Positions 27,811-40,872 are shown, counted from the first letter of the whole stretch. The stretch is DNA of 63,963 nt, filler included, from Octopus bimaculoides (GCF_001194135.2; 7 parts of 6 records of this genome joined end to end with filler, not necessarily neighbours in it), one strand, 5' to 3'. The notes: generated from the sequence alone by a model not told the origin. A program made the numbers and translations.

Positions 27811-28619
27811 ACTAACATACACACACATACATACATACATACATACATACATACNNNNNNNNNNNNNNNNNNNNNNNNNNNNNNNNNNNNNNNNNNNNNN
27901 NNNNNNNNNNNNNNNNNNNNNNNNNNNNNNNNNNNNNNNNNNNNNNNNNNNNNNNNNNNNNNNNNNNNNNNNNNNNNNNNNNNNNNNNNNNNNNNNNNNN
28001 NNNNNNNNNNNNNNNNNNNNNNNNNNNNNNNNNNNNNNNNNNNNNNNNNNNNNNNNNNNNNNNNNNNNNNNNNNNNNNNNNNNNNNNNNNNNNNNNNNNN
28101 NNNNNNNNNNNNNNNNNNNNNNNNNNNNNNNNNNNTATATATATATATATCGACAATGGTTATGCAGATATATTTATTCACATTAACGCACACACAATAC
28201 ACTAATCAATCTGTAGAAATACACACACACATGCCTTCACGCGCATCGATCCATAGCAACAGGAAATAAGCCAAATATCGATGGCTGCAACAGTTAACAA
28301 TGCAGAATGTGTGTGTGTGTGTGTGTGTGTGTGAGTGAGTGTGTAGTTTGTCCGTGTCTGTTAGTCTTGCGAGGGGAACCTTGCTGCATTCAGGAAACCG
28401 AGCTTAGCTTCAGCTAAAGTGCACATGAAATATCGACTGCATAAATGGATCTTCCCACCCTGTCTCTCTCTCTCCCTCCCTCCCACCTTCTTTCTGCTGC
28501 TGCTGGGGTGGTCTAGAATCTTCTCTACAGTAAGACAACTATCTCTGCTCCTCCATCACACTCTGACCTCTCACTTGGCACACAGCCATTCCTGGCAGTT
28601 TCCGCTCCCTTTTCTAAAC

Positions 28620-29330
28620 TAAGAGGTCTTTGTCTTGCATGCTACTTTTGTGACTTCTTTGGTGATGGTGCCACGTAAGACGCACTGCTGATGGTGCCAC
28701 ATACAAAGCACCAGTGATGGTGCCGCATAAAAAGCAGTGGTGATGGTGCCACATACAAAGCACCAGTGATGGTGCCGCGTAAAAAGCAGTGGTGATCGTG
28801 CCACACAGAAAGCACTGGTGATGGTGCCACATAAAAAGCACTGGTGATGGTGCCACATAAAAAGCACTGGTGATGGTGCCACATAAAAAGCGCTGGTGAT
28901 GGTGCCACATAAAAAGTGCTGGTGATGGTGCCACGTAAAAAGCAGTGGTGATGGTGCCATGTAAAATGCACTGGTGCTGGTGCCACGTAAAAAGCACCGG
29001 TGATGGTGCCATGTAAAAAGCACTGGCGATGGTGTCACGTAAAATGCACTGGTGATGGTGTCACGTAAAAAGGACAGATGATGGTGTCACATAAAGAGCA
29101 CTGGTGATGCTGTGACATAAAAAAAAACAGCCGTGGTGTTACCATGTAAAAGGCAGTGGTGCTGATTCCACATACAAAAGCACCCGAAACACCCTGTAAG
29201 TAACCGGCATCCCTGTAAGTAGGAAGGGCATCCAACTGTAGAAACTAAGCCAAAAACATTGGACTAAAATTCTTCAGTGCAGTGCCCCAGCATGGCCGCA
29301 GTCTAACAACCGAAACAAAAGGTAAAAAGA
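28620..29330 (+). mobile_element. SINE module E copy hosting the minisatellite, with a D-like end
   Basis: Flanks match 34290-34400 and 52875-52970 (gtcttt.tcttgca... upstream; taggaagggcatcca.ctgtagaaac downstream). Confidence 0.7.
28661..29184 (+). repeat. Minisatellite, 20 x ~26 bp, consensus GGTGATGGTGCCACRTAAAAAGCACT
   Basis: Units counted directly; no spacers between units. Confidence 0.95.
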
Positions 29331-30457
29331 AATGTGAGTGTGTGTTTGTGTGTTAGACAGATACATATATACACACACACACACACATATAAAATGACAT
29401 ACACAAACTCTTCTGTATAATGAGGTGAGAACACAACCTATTATTACAGTATATATATACAGACAAAAGAAAAAGCATTTATATACAATCTAGTACACAC
29501 ACACACACACACACATATATATACATACATATATATATATAGACAAAACAGGGAGACAAAAGTATTGGATAGAAACCTATAATTACCATGTATTCATCCA
29601 GTTGTGTGTATAAATATATATGTATGTATATATATATATATACTCAATTATTATATAAAGCATATTATTATTATTATCTATTATCTATACACAAACATAT
29701 ACACACACTTAAATGCACATACATATATATGTGAGAATATATATATATATTATATATTATATATATATNNNNNNNNNNNNNNNNNNNNNNNNNNNNNNNN
29801 NNNNNNNNNNNNNNNNNNNNNNNNNNNNNNNNNNNNNNNNNNNNNNNNNNNNNNNNNNNNNNNNNNNNNNNNNNNNNNNNNNNNNNNNNNNNNNNNNNNN
29901 NNNNNNNNNNNNNNNNNNNNNNNNNNNNNNNNNNNNNNNNNNNNNNNNNNNNNNNNNNNNNNNNNNNNNNNNNNNNNNNNNNNNNNNNNNNNNNNNNNNN
30001 NNNNNNNNNNNNNNNNNNNNNNNNNNNNNNNNNNNNNNNNNNNNNNNNNNNNNNNNNNNNNNNNNNNNNNNNNNNNNNNNNNNNNNNNNNNNNNNNNNNN
30101 NNNNNNNNNNNNNNNNNNNNNNNNNNNNNNNNNNNNNNNNNNNNNNNNNNNNNNNNNNNNNNNNNNNNNNNNNNNNNNNNNNNNNNNNNNNNNNNNNNNN
30201 NNNNNNNNNNNNNNNNNNNNNNNNNNNNNNNNNNNNNNNNNNNNNNNNNNNNNNNNNNNNNNNNNNNNNNNNNNNNNNNNNNNNNNNNNNNNNNNNNNNN
30301 NNNNNNNNNNNNNNNNNNNNNNNNNNNNNNNNNNNNNNNNNNNNNNNNNNNNNNNNNNNNNNNNNNNNNNNNNNNNNNNNNNNNNNNNNNNNNNNNNNNN
30401 NNNNNNNNNNNNNNNNNNNNNNNNNNNNNNNNNNNNNAACACATATATACATATATA

Positions 30458-30622
30458 CGACAGGCTTCTTTCAGTTTCCATCTACCAAATCCACTCACAA
30501 GGCTTTGGTCGGCCCGAGGCTATAGTAGAAGACACTTGCCCAAGGTGCCACGCAGTGGGACTGAACCCAGGACCATGTGGTTGGTAAGCAAGCTACTTAC
30601 CACACAGCCACTCCTACGCCTA
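30458..30622 (-). mobile_element. SINE family B head
   Basis: Near-consensus reverse copy adjacent to a (TA)n-flanked gap. Confidence 0.85.
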
Positions 30623-31039
30623 TGCTCTATGCAATTTTTTTTTTTTTAAACAGCCATCAATTCCATTGCTGGCCTCTAGGTGCTAGAAGTAGCAGCTAAA
30701 TCTTACTGTTATGTTTTATAGATTTGAAGGAACAAAGAAAGGAGACAATCAAAGATGTAGATCTGGATGTGCCATGGCTGAACGCAGGATGGGGTGGCCA
30801 AAGGTGGAATGTCTTCCATTATAAGACTGCTGGATTAGAGGCTGATTTTGAGTTATAGTATATCTTATTTCCGTCATTTGACAGTGGCCATGCTGGGGCA
30901 CAGCTTTGGAGTGGTGGTGGTGGTGATGGTGGAACAAACACACACACACGTTTGTGATAGGCAATGGCATCAAAGGTTGACCCATTGATGCCAACCTGTT
31001 CCCTGAACAGCTAGAGCAGATGTATGCTATTGTGTGGTG

Positions 31040-32071
31040 AAAATACCTAGCATTGGTTAACAGAAAGCAAGCTCTCACTACTCAAAGAACCTGGAATAAA
31101 CTCCAGGAACTTGAGGAAATCAAACTGGTGCCACACCCAGCAGATAATCCAGACCTGGCTCCCTTGGATTATTACTTGTTCCGATCCATGGCTCACTTCT
31201 TGCATTTGCAAGACTTCAACTAAGGAAAGGCAGAAGCTTTGATGAAAGACAAGAACTGATATCTTCATGAGATCAAAGAACCAGCAGAAAAAGATGGCTT
31301 CAAACAGTGTAACACGATGAACTCTACTTTGAACGCTGGGCTGCTTTTTTTTTTTTTTTTTTTTTTGTAAATTGACCAATAAAGCAAAGAAGTTACCAAA
31401 ATATTGCAAACCTTTTGACTCAACACAATGGAACACAGCATCAGACTGATGCCCCATCCAGCAGATAATCCAGACCTGGCTCCCTTGGATTATTACTTGC
31501 TCCGATCCATGGTTCACTTCTTGCATTTGCAAGACTTCAACTAAGGAAAGGCAGAAGCTTCAATGAAAGAGTTCTTCTCCTCAAAGGACAGGAACTGATA
31601 TCTTCATGGGATCAAAGAACCAGCAGAGAAAGATGGCTTCAAACAGTTTAACACGATGGACTCTACTTTGAATGCTGGGCTGTTTTTGTTTGTATAAAGC
31701 ATAGAAGTTACCAAAATATTGCAAACCTTTTGACTCAACACAATGGAACACAGCATCAGACTGATGCCCCATCCAGCAGATAATCCAGACCTGGCTCCCT
31801 TGGATCATTACTTCTTCCGATCCATGGTTCACTTCCTGCTCTCACAATGCTTCCTCAAGCAAGAGGAGACGGAAGCTTCAGTGAAAGAGTTCTTCCCCTC
31901 AAACGACAAGAACTAGTATCACCATGAGATCAAAGAACTGACAGAGAAGTGGCTTCAGACGGTGCAACACAATGGCCGCTATTTTGAATGCTGGGCTGCT
32001 CTTGTTTGTAACTTGATGAATAATACAGTTAAATTAACAAAATATTGACAAACTTTTGACTGAACACAATA
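31040..32071 (+). mobile_element. Three tandem copies of a mariner 3' end (transposase C-terminus plus TIR)
   Basis: HPADNPDLAPLD.Y...RSM.HFL motif near 31138, 31459 and 31774; TIR-like aaac(c)ttttgact(c/g)aacacaat near 31408, 31723 and 32050. Confidence 0.85.
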
Positions 32072-32476
32072 GAAAATGCTTTAGATTGAGCTGTTACAAT
32101 AGAGCCATAAATGAACCACTTAAAAATAAAATACTTGGGGCAGTGAGCTTTTGCACTGTGTGTACACATCCATGCTTTTAACTACACTTAAAAACCATAG
32201 TTTCAACCACTTGTATTGTTGTTTCCGTTGAGTCAAAGATTAAGCATGAAAGCTTCCTGCAATATCTCTTTTACTTGTTTCAGTCATTTGACCGCGGCCA
32301 TGCTGGAGCACCGCCTTTTAGTCGAGCAAATCGACCCCATGTTGCGACGTTTCCACACACACACACAAATGGTTGTTTAGCGTTTTTATATCTATTATAA
32401 AATGGAACACGTAGACTACGGTGTCTCGTAAAGCAGCTCTTTGTAAAGTAAGGTATTGCTGTATATATATATATAT

Positions 32477-32733
32477 TCTTTTACTCTTTTACTCTTTTAC
32501 TCTTTTACTTGTTTCAGTCATTTGACTGCGGCCATGCCGGAGCACCGCCTTTAGTTGAGCAAATCGATGGTGGTGTGTTTACGTCCCCGTAACTTAGCAG
32601 TTCAGCAAAAGAGACTGATAGAATAAGTACTAGGCTTCCAAAGAATAAGTCCTGGGGTCGATTTGCTCGACTAAAGGCGGTGCTCCAGCATGGCCGCAGT
32701 CAAATGACTGAAACAAGTAAAAGAGTAAAAGAG
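32477..32733. mobile_element. Fold-back SINE module D (inverted 3' end fused to a forward copy)
   Basis: 32492-32567 is the reverse complement of 32658-32733 apart from 2 positions. Confidence 0.9.
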
Positions 32734-32999
32734 AGAGAGAGATGCATGTATTTGAACAGAACTTTTAATAGGGAGTGAGACGTGGACCCTGAATTCAAAG
32801 GCTAGAGAGGAATAGGGGTTAATATACTCCAATAAATGTGCAATGTAAGTGTACATGTGCATTGGAGTGCTGGTGCGTTGAGAGAAAAGTTAGACGTATG
32901 AGGAATTAGTTGCAGTGTGCAGTTTGTTTTTAGCTAAATACTTCTCTCGCAGTTACCCGACTATGAAAATAGCACCAGTAGTGCTTCTCCCTGTGGCAA

Positions 33000-33380
33000 A
33001 GCTAAACTGCATGTCATCTAGCCTTAATTAACTTCCTAATTAATTAGGAACATAATTTTCATCACCTGGTCCAGTAATTTGATGCCTTTAAAACTGCTTC
33101 TATCTCAGGCATCTCCGTTACCTTTGAAACAGCTGACTCTAATGTAGGCACACCAGTCACTGACTAACCTGATTAACTATGGGGGAGACCAGCCCATATC
33201 TTATCCTACCAGATATTTTGAGCATCTTAGCAGTGATTCCTGACGGACTGGAGGCTTTCCCTGTTTTCATACTTTTAATTGCCTTATCTACCATACTGCT
33301 GTCTACTGGGATGACTGATCCCTCTGTTGGGGTTCACATGAAGGAGACTCCCTTTATCCCATTCAGTGTCCACATTTAAT
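33000..33380 (-). mobile_element. RTE-clade LINE reverse transcriptase fragment
   Basis: VDKAIKSMKTGKASSPSGITAKMLK and FKGNGDA*DRSSFKGIKLLDQVMKI...DDMQFSF. Confidence 0.85.
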
Positions 33381-33446
33381 AACCCTGCACATTAGTTCTT
33401 CCACACCTCTTTGTGTTTCAGATAGATAGGTGTGTGTGTATGTGTA

Positions 33447-33485
<39 letters not shown>

Positions 33486-33497
33486 GTGTTATTTCGT

Positions 33498-33722
33498 TAC
33501 TACCCACAAGGGGCTACACACAGAGGGGACAAACAAGGACAGACAAACGGATTAAGTCGATTATACCGACCCCAGTGCGTAACTGGTACTTATTTAATCG
33601 ACCCCGAAAGGATGAAAGGCAAAGTCGACCTCGGCAGAATTTGAACTCAGAACGTAAAGACAGACGAAATACCGCTAAGCATTTCGCCCGGCGTGCTAAC
33701 GTTTCTGCCAGCTCGCCACCTT
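33498..33722 (-). mobile_element. SINE family C with extended tail
   Basis: Matches 52996-53171 and 57530-57835. Confidence 0.85.
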
Positions 33723-34289
33723 TTGTGTGTGTGTATGTGTATGTGTGTGTGTGTGTGTGTGTATATAGACCTGTATATATGTGTGTGTGTGTGTGTATAC
33801 ATATATGCGATGGACTCTCATGTCATTAGACGACGTATGAGGGTTCGACAATTTCTCACCAAACAACACCACACAGATTATTCGTTTGTAGTGATCAAAT
33901 GTTTTGTGTAGACATAAGCTCACTTTCTCTCTCTCCATCAGATCGACCATTACCTGTACAGGTGCAACTGGGTGCCACATGCCAGATGTTGAAATGACTG
34001 CAGAGCAGTGTGGAAATGAAGTGCTTTGCTCAAGAACACAACACAACACAACACAACACCTAGTCTGGGAATTGAACCCACGATCTCGCAATCATGAGTA
34101 CAACACCTTAACCACTAAGTATATATATATATATATACTAGCTAGCTCCTGTGGAGGGCTAATTGGACCTGTGGTCCAAAACTATAGACATCTATATGCC
34201 CTGGTAGTGTTTGATCAGAGGTTAAGGACAGATGAGAATTGATTCTGTAATGTAATCATTCTATTGTTCCAGTTCCGAGTTGAGAAGTC

Positions 34290-34627
34290 TTTATCTTGCA
34301 AGATAACTTGGCAACTTCACTGGTGCCACGTAAAAAGCATCCAGTACACAGGTGGTTGGCGTTATAGGAAGGGTACCTAGCTGCAGCAAAGAAGACAGCA
34401 GAGCTTGGTGCAGTTTTCTGGCTCATCGGATCCTCTTAAACCATTCCACCCATGCCAGTATGGAAGACGGACAATGGTGTGTGGTAAGAAGCTTGCTGCC
34501 CAACCAAACGGTTCTGGATTTAGTCTCACCGCATGGCACCTTGGGCAAGAGTCTTCCACTAGAACCTCAGGCCGACCAAAGCCTTGTGAGTGGATTTGGT
34601 AGACAGAAACTGAAAGAAGATCGTCGT

Positions 34628-34692
<65 letters not shown>

Positions 34693-34755
34693 CCAAAGCC
34701 TTGTGAGTGGATTTGGTAGACGGAAACTGAAAGAAGACCGTCGTATATATGTATG

Positions 34756-34786
<31 letters not shown>

Positions 34787-34980
34787 GTTTGTGTGTCTGT
34801 GTTTGTCCACCCAACATCGCTTGACAACCGATGGTGGTGTCGGTTCGGCAGAAAGAGAACCGATAGAATAAGTACTAGGCTTCCAAAGAATAAGTCCTGG
34901 GGTCGATTTGCTCGACTAAAGGCGGTGCTCCAGCATGGCCACAGTCAAAAGACTGAAACAAGTAAAAGAGTAAAAGAGTG
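34290..34980 (+). mobile_element. Composite SINE: module E + B head + (TA)n + duplicated B end + module D
   Basis: Modules identified by identity to other copies in the window. Confidence 0.8.
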
Positions 34981-35194
34981 TGTGTATTTGTCCCCACCAA
35001 CAACCACTTGACAATCACTGTTGGTAACTTAGCGACTTGGCAAGAGATATCGATAGAATAAGTACCAGGTTTTAACCCCAAAATGTAATATGAATCAACT
35101 CATTCGACGAAAAATTCTTCAAGGTGGTGCCCCAGCATAGCCGCAGTCTAATGATTGTAACCAGTAAAAAAATGCTAATATACGTACACACACG

Positions 35195-35415
35195 TATATT
35201 TACTTAAATACATATATAATATAATATAAGGATAAAATCTTTATAAGAATTTATCAAGTAGTCAGCGTGAAAAAACCTCATAAGGAAAAAAAAACCCATC
35301 ATTTTTTTCCATAAATATATATAATATAATTTATATAAGGGCATTACTATATAATAATGCTTCACGCTTAGAGGGACTTTATAAGTCAAAACTACCAAAA
35401 TAAGCACATATTTAT
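35195..35415 (+). repeat. Unclassified AT-rich interspersed repeat (second copy at 58270-58465)
   Basis: Shared tttataagaatttatcaagtagtcagcgtgaaaaaacctca...agggcatta...cacgctt.gagggact. Confidence 0.8.
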
Positions 35416-35497
35416 CGATCCCTCCCGATCGGTGTATATATATATGTGTGTGTGTGTGTGTGCTTGTGCTTGTGTGTGTGTGTGTGGAACAGGCGCA

Positions 35498-36340
35498 GTG
35501 GTCACAGTTGCACAGCCTCTGATCATAGATGGGTGTGCTTGTTCAAGTTAAAGACAGCCTGTTCCGACCTGGGGTTAAACGATCAGGATGGGTAACGTGA
35601 GATAATGTGGTCGAGGATATACAATGCCTGAATGAAAGACAGGTTGGCTATGGCTCGCAGATAACTGTTCATGAGTTTGCTGAATCATGATTGATTCAGA
35701 CCTGGGGCTAAACAACGAAAGCAACAACGAAGTCCACATTAGATGATGTAGTCCTAGATACACTATGCATGAATAAAAAAAACATGATGGTCACAGTTGG
35801 AATATCTTCGGTCATAGGTGTGCGGGACCGAGACTGGAGCTAAACAAGGAAAGACACTTCACGCAATGTAGTCCAAGATACACTATGTCTGAACAAAGGA
35901 CGGGATGGCCATAGCTGGAAGATCTTTAATGGGCGAAACACATCAGATGATGTAGTCTTAGATACACTATGTCTGAATGAAAGACGGGATTGTCACAAGT
36001 AGAACATCTTTGATCATAGGTCTGTCTGGATCAGGACTGACCCGGGGTTAAACAACAACAAGGCAGGACACGTAAGATAACGTAGTCCTAGATACACCAT
36101 GCCTGAATGAAAGACGGGATGGTCACAACTGGAACGTCTTTGCTTATAGATCTGTTGGATACAGACTGGCCCAAGGCTAAACAACAACAATAAAGAAGGA
36201 CACACTATACAATGTAGTCCTAGATACACTATGTGTGACTAATAGCAAAAAAACAGGATGGTCACGTCAGGAAAACGTTTAGTCATGTATAAGGCCTGTA
36301 CGTCTGATCAGGGCTGGGCTAGCCTGGCCTGCCCCAGGGT
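35498..36340 (+). repeat. Diverged head-to-tail array of about 6-7 units of 84-141 bp
   Basis: Block tgtagtcctagatacactatgcctgaatgaaagacgggatggtcaca starts at 35606, 35747, 35867, 35951, 36081 and 36213. Confidence 0.85.
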
Positions 36341-36639
36341 GAGGCAGGAACGAGGTTAGGCAACAACATTAGTAATAATAATAATAATAACAATAATATT
36401 AATTATTAATTAATAACATCAATTTGGTTTAATTACAATCGTTAAATGTGCCTTACCTATTTTGGTTGTTTATAATAAATTATTTGGCAGTAAAATCTCC
36501 GTCCAGCAATGATACCAAAATCATACCACATGTATATAGATAGATATATATATATATATATATAATTGTATATATATATATATATGTGTGTATGTGTGTC
36601 GGGTAATGCGTGTATATATATATATATATTTATAAAGAG

Positions 36640-37320
36640 AGATGGGTAGATAGAGTAAAGGGTAAGGAAGAGAGAGTGAGAGGATGATAGATAAAGAGTA
36701 AAGAAAGGAGGGGGGAGGAAAGAGGAAGATAAATAAGGAGGAGAGTAGAATTAGTAGCAGATAAATAGAGGAAAGTGAGAAAGATAGATGAAGAATAAAG
36801 AGAGAGGAAAGAAAAGTAATGATATTGATGTTAAAGGGGGAATAGAGAGAGTGAGCTACGATTGAGAGAGAGAGAGAGGGGCGATAAATAGATATGAAGT
36901 GTGAGAGGGAAAAGTAGATAGAGACAAGGAATGATAGAGAGGAAGAGAAAGAGTAAGGTGAAGAATATAGAGATTTGAAGAAAGTGAAAGACGAGAAAAT
37001 AAATAGTGAGTGGGTTGAGAATGAGAGAAATTGTGACGAAGAGGGTAAGAGGGAGAAAAGATAATGAGAGAGGGATAATGAGGAGTAGACAGAGGTTTAA
37101 ACAAGTGAAAGCTAAATAGATGCAATGCACTCTAGGCAGAGGGGAGAGAGAAAGAGAAAAATAGATAGAGATAAAGGGAAGAGGGAGGAGAAAGACTAGT
37201 ACATAGAGAGAGAGAAAATAATTTAGAAAGTAAGATAAACAGAGAGGAAACGAACATAATAAGAGAGACAGTTAAAGAGAAAGAGAGAGAGAGGAAGGAG
37301 AAGAAAGAGGGATCGTCAGA
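36640..37320 (+). repeat. About 680-bp GA-rich low-complexity tract
   Basis: Strongly purine-biased, interrupted GAGA/GAAA repeats. Confidence 0.85.
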
Positions 37321-38367
37321 CGGTAGCACGCCATGATGTCGGAAAAAAACGTCAAATATGTTGTTAGTCTCGATGCAAAGCGCTTTTTTTTTTTACGTTT
37401 ATAATATTTTGTTGTGGCCTCTTGACTTATGTCTTTTAATAAATAGGGAAAAAAATTTAATATTTCATTCAGTTATAAATATATTTCAATAAAGAATTTA
37501 TATCCTTGAAACACTAAAAAAAAAAAGAAATCGTGTATGTGTGTGTTTGTATGAATGTATTTGCGTGTATATGCGTATGCTTGAATTTTTCTTAAATTGA
37601 GGTATATTTATATTTCAATAAAGAATTTATATCATTGAAATTGCTAACATATATATATATATGAATATACAGACAGATGCACAAACACACACACACAATC
37701 AATATGCATGTATGTATGTGTTTTGTAGTTTTATTGCGTTCGAAGTTTATGTCTATATAATACATATATATATATATATGTAAGGGTGCATGCATATATA
37801 ATTACATATTCGCGAACATTTATACATATTACATGTAAAGTTCAACGTCCAGGGCCTTGGTTTCATGGCTATATACACATATGCAAACGAGGTATGTCGA
37901 GTCAAAGGTCAACTTGTATTACGTCGCGCTAAACAGCTGAGTATTGTTTATAAAAGGGCAGAAGTCAGGCATTAAATATAGCAGTGTGTATGTGTTTGTG
38001 TGTGAGTGCCTGCGTGTGTATGTGTGTCTGAGTATATGTATATGTACATATATATATATATATATATATATGTACACGTGTACACATACATACATAGACA
38101 GGTGTCATAGGTCAACNNNNNNNNNNNNNNNNNNNNNNNNNNNNNNNNNNNNNNNNNNNNTTAATTAATTAANNNNNNNNNNNNNNNNNNNNNNNNNNNN
38201 NNNNNNNNNNNNNNNNGTTATAGATAGATATAGCTATAGATATAGACACACACACACACACACACACACAGATATACACACACATATAGGGATAGAGAGG
38301 ATAGATAGATAGTCAGACAGAGAGACAGACAGACAGAAAGACATACAGGCAGACAGATAGATAGAAT

Positions 38368-38419
<52 letters not shown>

Positions 38420-38741
38420 TGCATTCGGCCAGGTAATGCTCGTTTGCGTTAGCAACACGACTGACGGAGGATAACCCTTGAATCCTCGCTGCATTGCGAC
38501 CATACCTAGTCACAGGAAACGTTTCGGGAGTCATTCATAAAATCCGCCATATCACACTACTCAGGCTTCGATCTTATCGAACACGCTATAACTGGAGAGA
38601 TAGAAACGACCAGTACAATACAAAGAGCATCGGCGCAGCTTACAAATATATCAGGTGAGGTAGAGACTGCCATTTGGGGATTGGCATGCTCAGACTAAAA
38701 GTTTCTCCAGTGGAAAGGACGAGTTGAACACTCTTTTCTCC

Positions 38742-38905
38742 TGTAGACACAAGCCGAAACATTTTGAGGGAGGGAGCCAGTTGATTAGATCTACCTCAGT
38801 GCGCAACTGGTACTTTATTTATCGACCCTAAAAGGATGAAAGTCAAAGTCGACTTCGGAGGAATTTGAACTCAGAACGTAAAGACAGACGAAATACGGCT
38901 AAGCC
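38742..38905 (-). mobile_element. SINE family C
   Basis: atcgaccctaaaaggatgaaagtcaaagtcgacttcggaggaatttgaactcagaacg. Confidence 0.8.
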
Positions 38906-40588
38906 CGGCATGGTATACATATACATAATATAGTGATCAGATGTTCGTGCCGCAAATTAACTCACTCTACATGAAATAGGTATTGCCCAAACGGGTGCAT
39001 GGTGTACCACACGTCAAGTGTCGACGTGATCGCGAAGTGGTCAAGAAAACAGCGCACGATTGCCAGATCGTGAGTGCAACACGCTAACCACTAAGCCATA
39101 AGGCCTCACATACACACACATACACATTCACCTCCCCCCATATATATGCATATATATTCATATAATTATATATATGTATCTATCTAGCTATCTATTTATC
39201 TAATACATGTATTTGGCCTGCCCGCTAAACAATCAAGGTTCTTTCGAATAGTCACTCAATAATCTTGTATCACAAGAAATGAACGAATCGTTGTGAGCCA
39301 ATGTAGATGGCTTTAAACGGTCATTTGATATGGTGTAAATATCAAGCTCTTATCATTTAGCAACAAACTGTCTGAATAATAAAAAAACACAAAATGAAAA
39401 ACAAAACTTCCTAGAAAATAAGTTTATATCAGAAGGGATGACCTAGGGAAAGATTACAGCTAGAACAAGTAATGTAAAATTATTGATAATCTAATGGAAT
39501 TTTAAATGTTATGCATTATGAAAACTAAAGCTTTGGTAGCAGAATATAATTATATTAATACCCTTCGGATACTCTCCCCACCCAGCGAGTTGCGAATCTT
39601 GCAGTCTCAAAATTAATTCAATAACTATTCCCATATCGGATAGGAAAATGTCAAATATCATATATCTAAAGTTAATTAAACTTCCATTTTTAAGTCACTA
39701 TCAGTAAAATATGTATATTTATTGAAAGCTTAATTAAGTATATATAGTTAGTCATTTAAAACCACGATCTATTGATTTCAATTGTTTCGCAGTAAATCTA
39801 ATTAATATATTTTAATATGTAACNNNNNNNNNNNNNNNNNNNNNNNNNNNNNNNNNNNNNNNNNNNNNNNNNNNNNNNNNNNNNNNNNNNNNNNNATATA
39901 TATATGTATGTTTGTATGTATGTATATATGTTTCCTCGTGTGTATGCATGTGTGTTTATGCTTCTGTGTGTGCGTTTGTACGTGTCGTCTGTGTGTATAC
40001 ACACAGAGGTGACAAATATATATGAATATAGTTATATGTATATATTCGCATGTATATTCATATATATGCACACACACATACACATATATATAAATGCTTA
40101 CACACACACACGCACAATCGTATACACACACAGACACATGCACATGCACACATATATAAACATACACGCCATTCACAAGCGAATAAAACTTGGCAGCACG
40201 TACCGTGCTTTAGCGAAGTGTTCTACATGCCTATATAATCACAGGAAGGTATAGGCACTCCCCAAGGCAAACAGCGAAAACGTGACAGCTGGAGTACCAT
40301 TGCTGCGATGACAGACGGTTCCAAGAGAGTAGTGGCCTGCTTAAGGAAACATGGCGTTACACTTTCAGGGCAACGAAACAACGGAGTAAGGATCGCGAAC
40401 CTACTTCAACATTTCTGACCATTACCTCATGTACGTGCGTTTACATATATCTGTGTGTCTAGAGGCAAAGAGAGAGAGAGAGAGAGAGAGAGTGGGAAAG
40501 AGATGCATATATGCATACGTATATAAATATATATACATGTGTATATATATGTATATATGCATGTATCTATATATATATATATGAATGC

Positions 40589-40636
<48 letters not shown>

Positions 40637-40872
40637 NNNNNNNNNNNNNNNNNNNNNNNNNNNNNNNNNNNNNNNNNNNNNNNNNNNNNNNNNNNNNNNN
40701 NNNNNNNNNNNNNNNNNNNNNNNNNNNNNNNNNNNNNNNNNNNNNNNNNNNNNNNNNNNNNNNNNNNNNNNNNNNNNNNNNNNNNNNNNNNNNNNNNNNN
40801 NNNNNNNNNNNNNNNNNNNNNNNNNNNNNNNNNNNNNNNNNNNNNNNNNNNNNNNNNNNNNNNNNNNGTATA

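Noticed and set aside
28661-29184. CRISPR-like appearance, or His-rich ORFs (WHHHQ...) on the minus strand
   Set aside because: No unique spacers, no cas genes, eukaryotic context; the 26-bp unit cycles through frames, so the ORFs are incidental.
40237-40410. 57-codon GC-richer open frame EGIGTPQGKQRKRD...
   Set aside because: Both strands are open, no family match and no linked exons.
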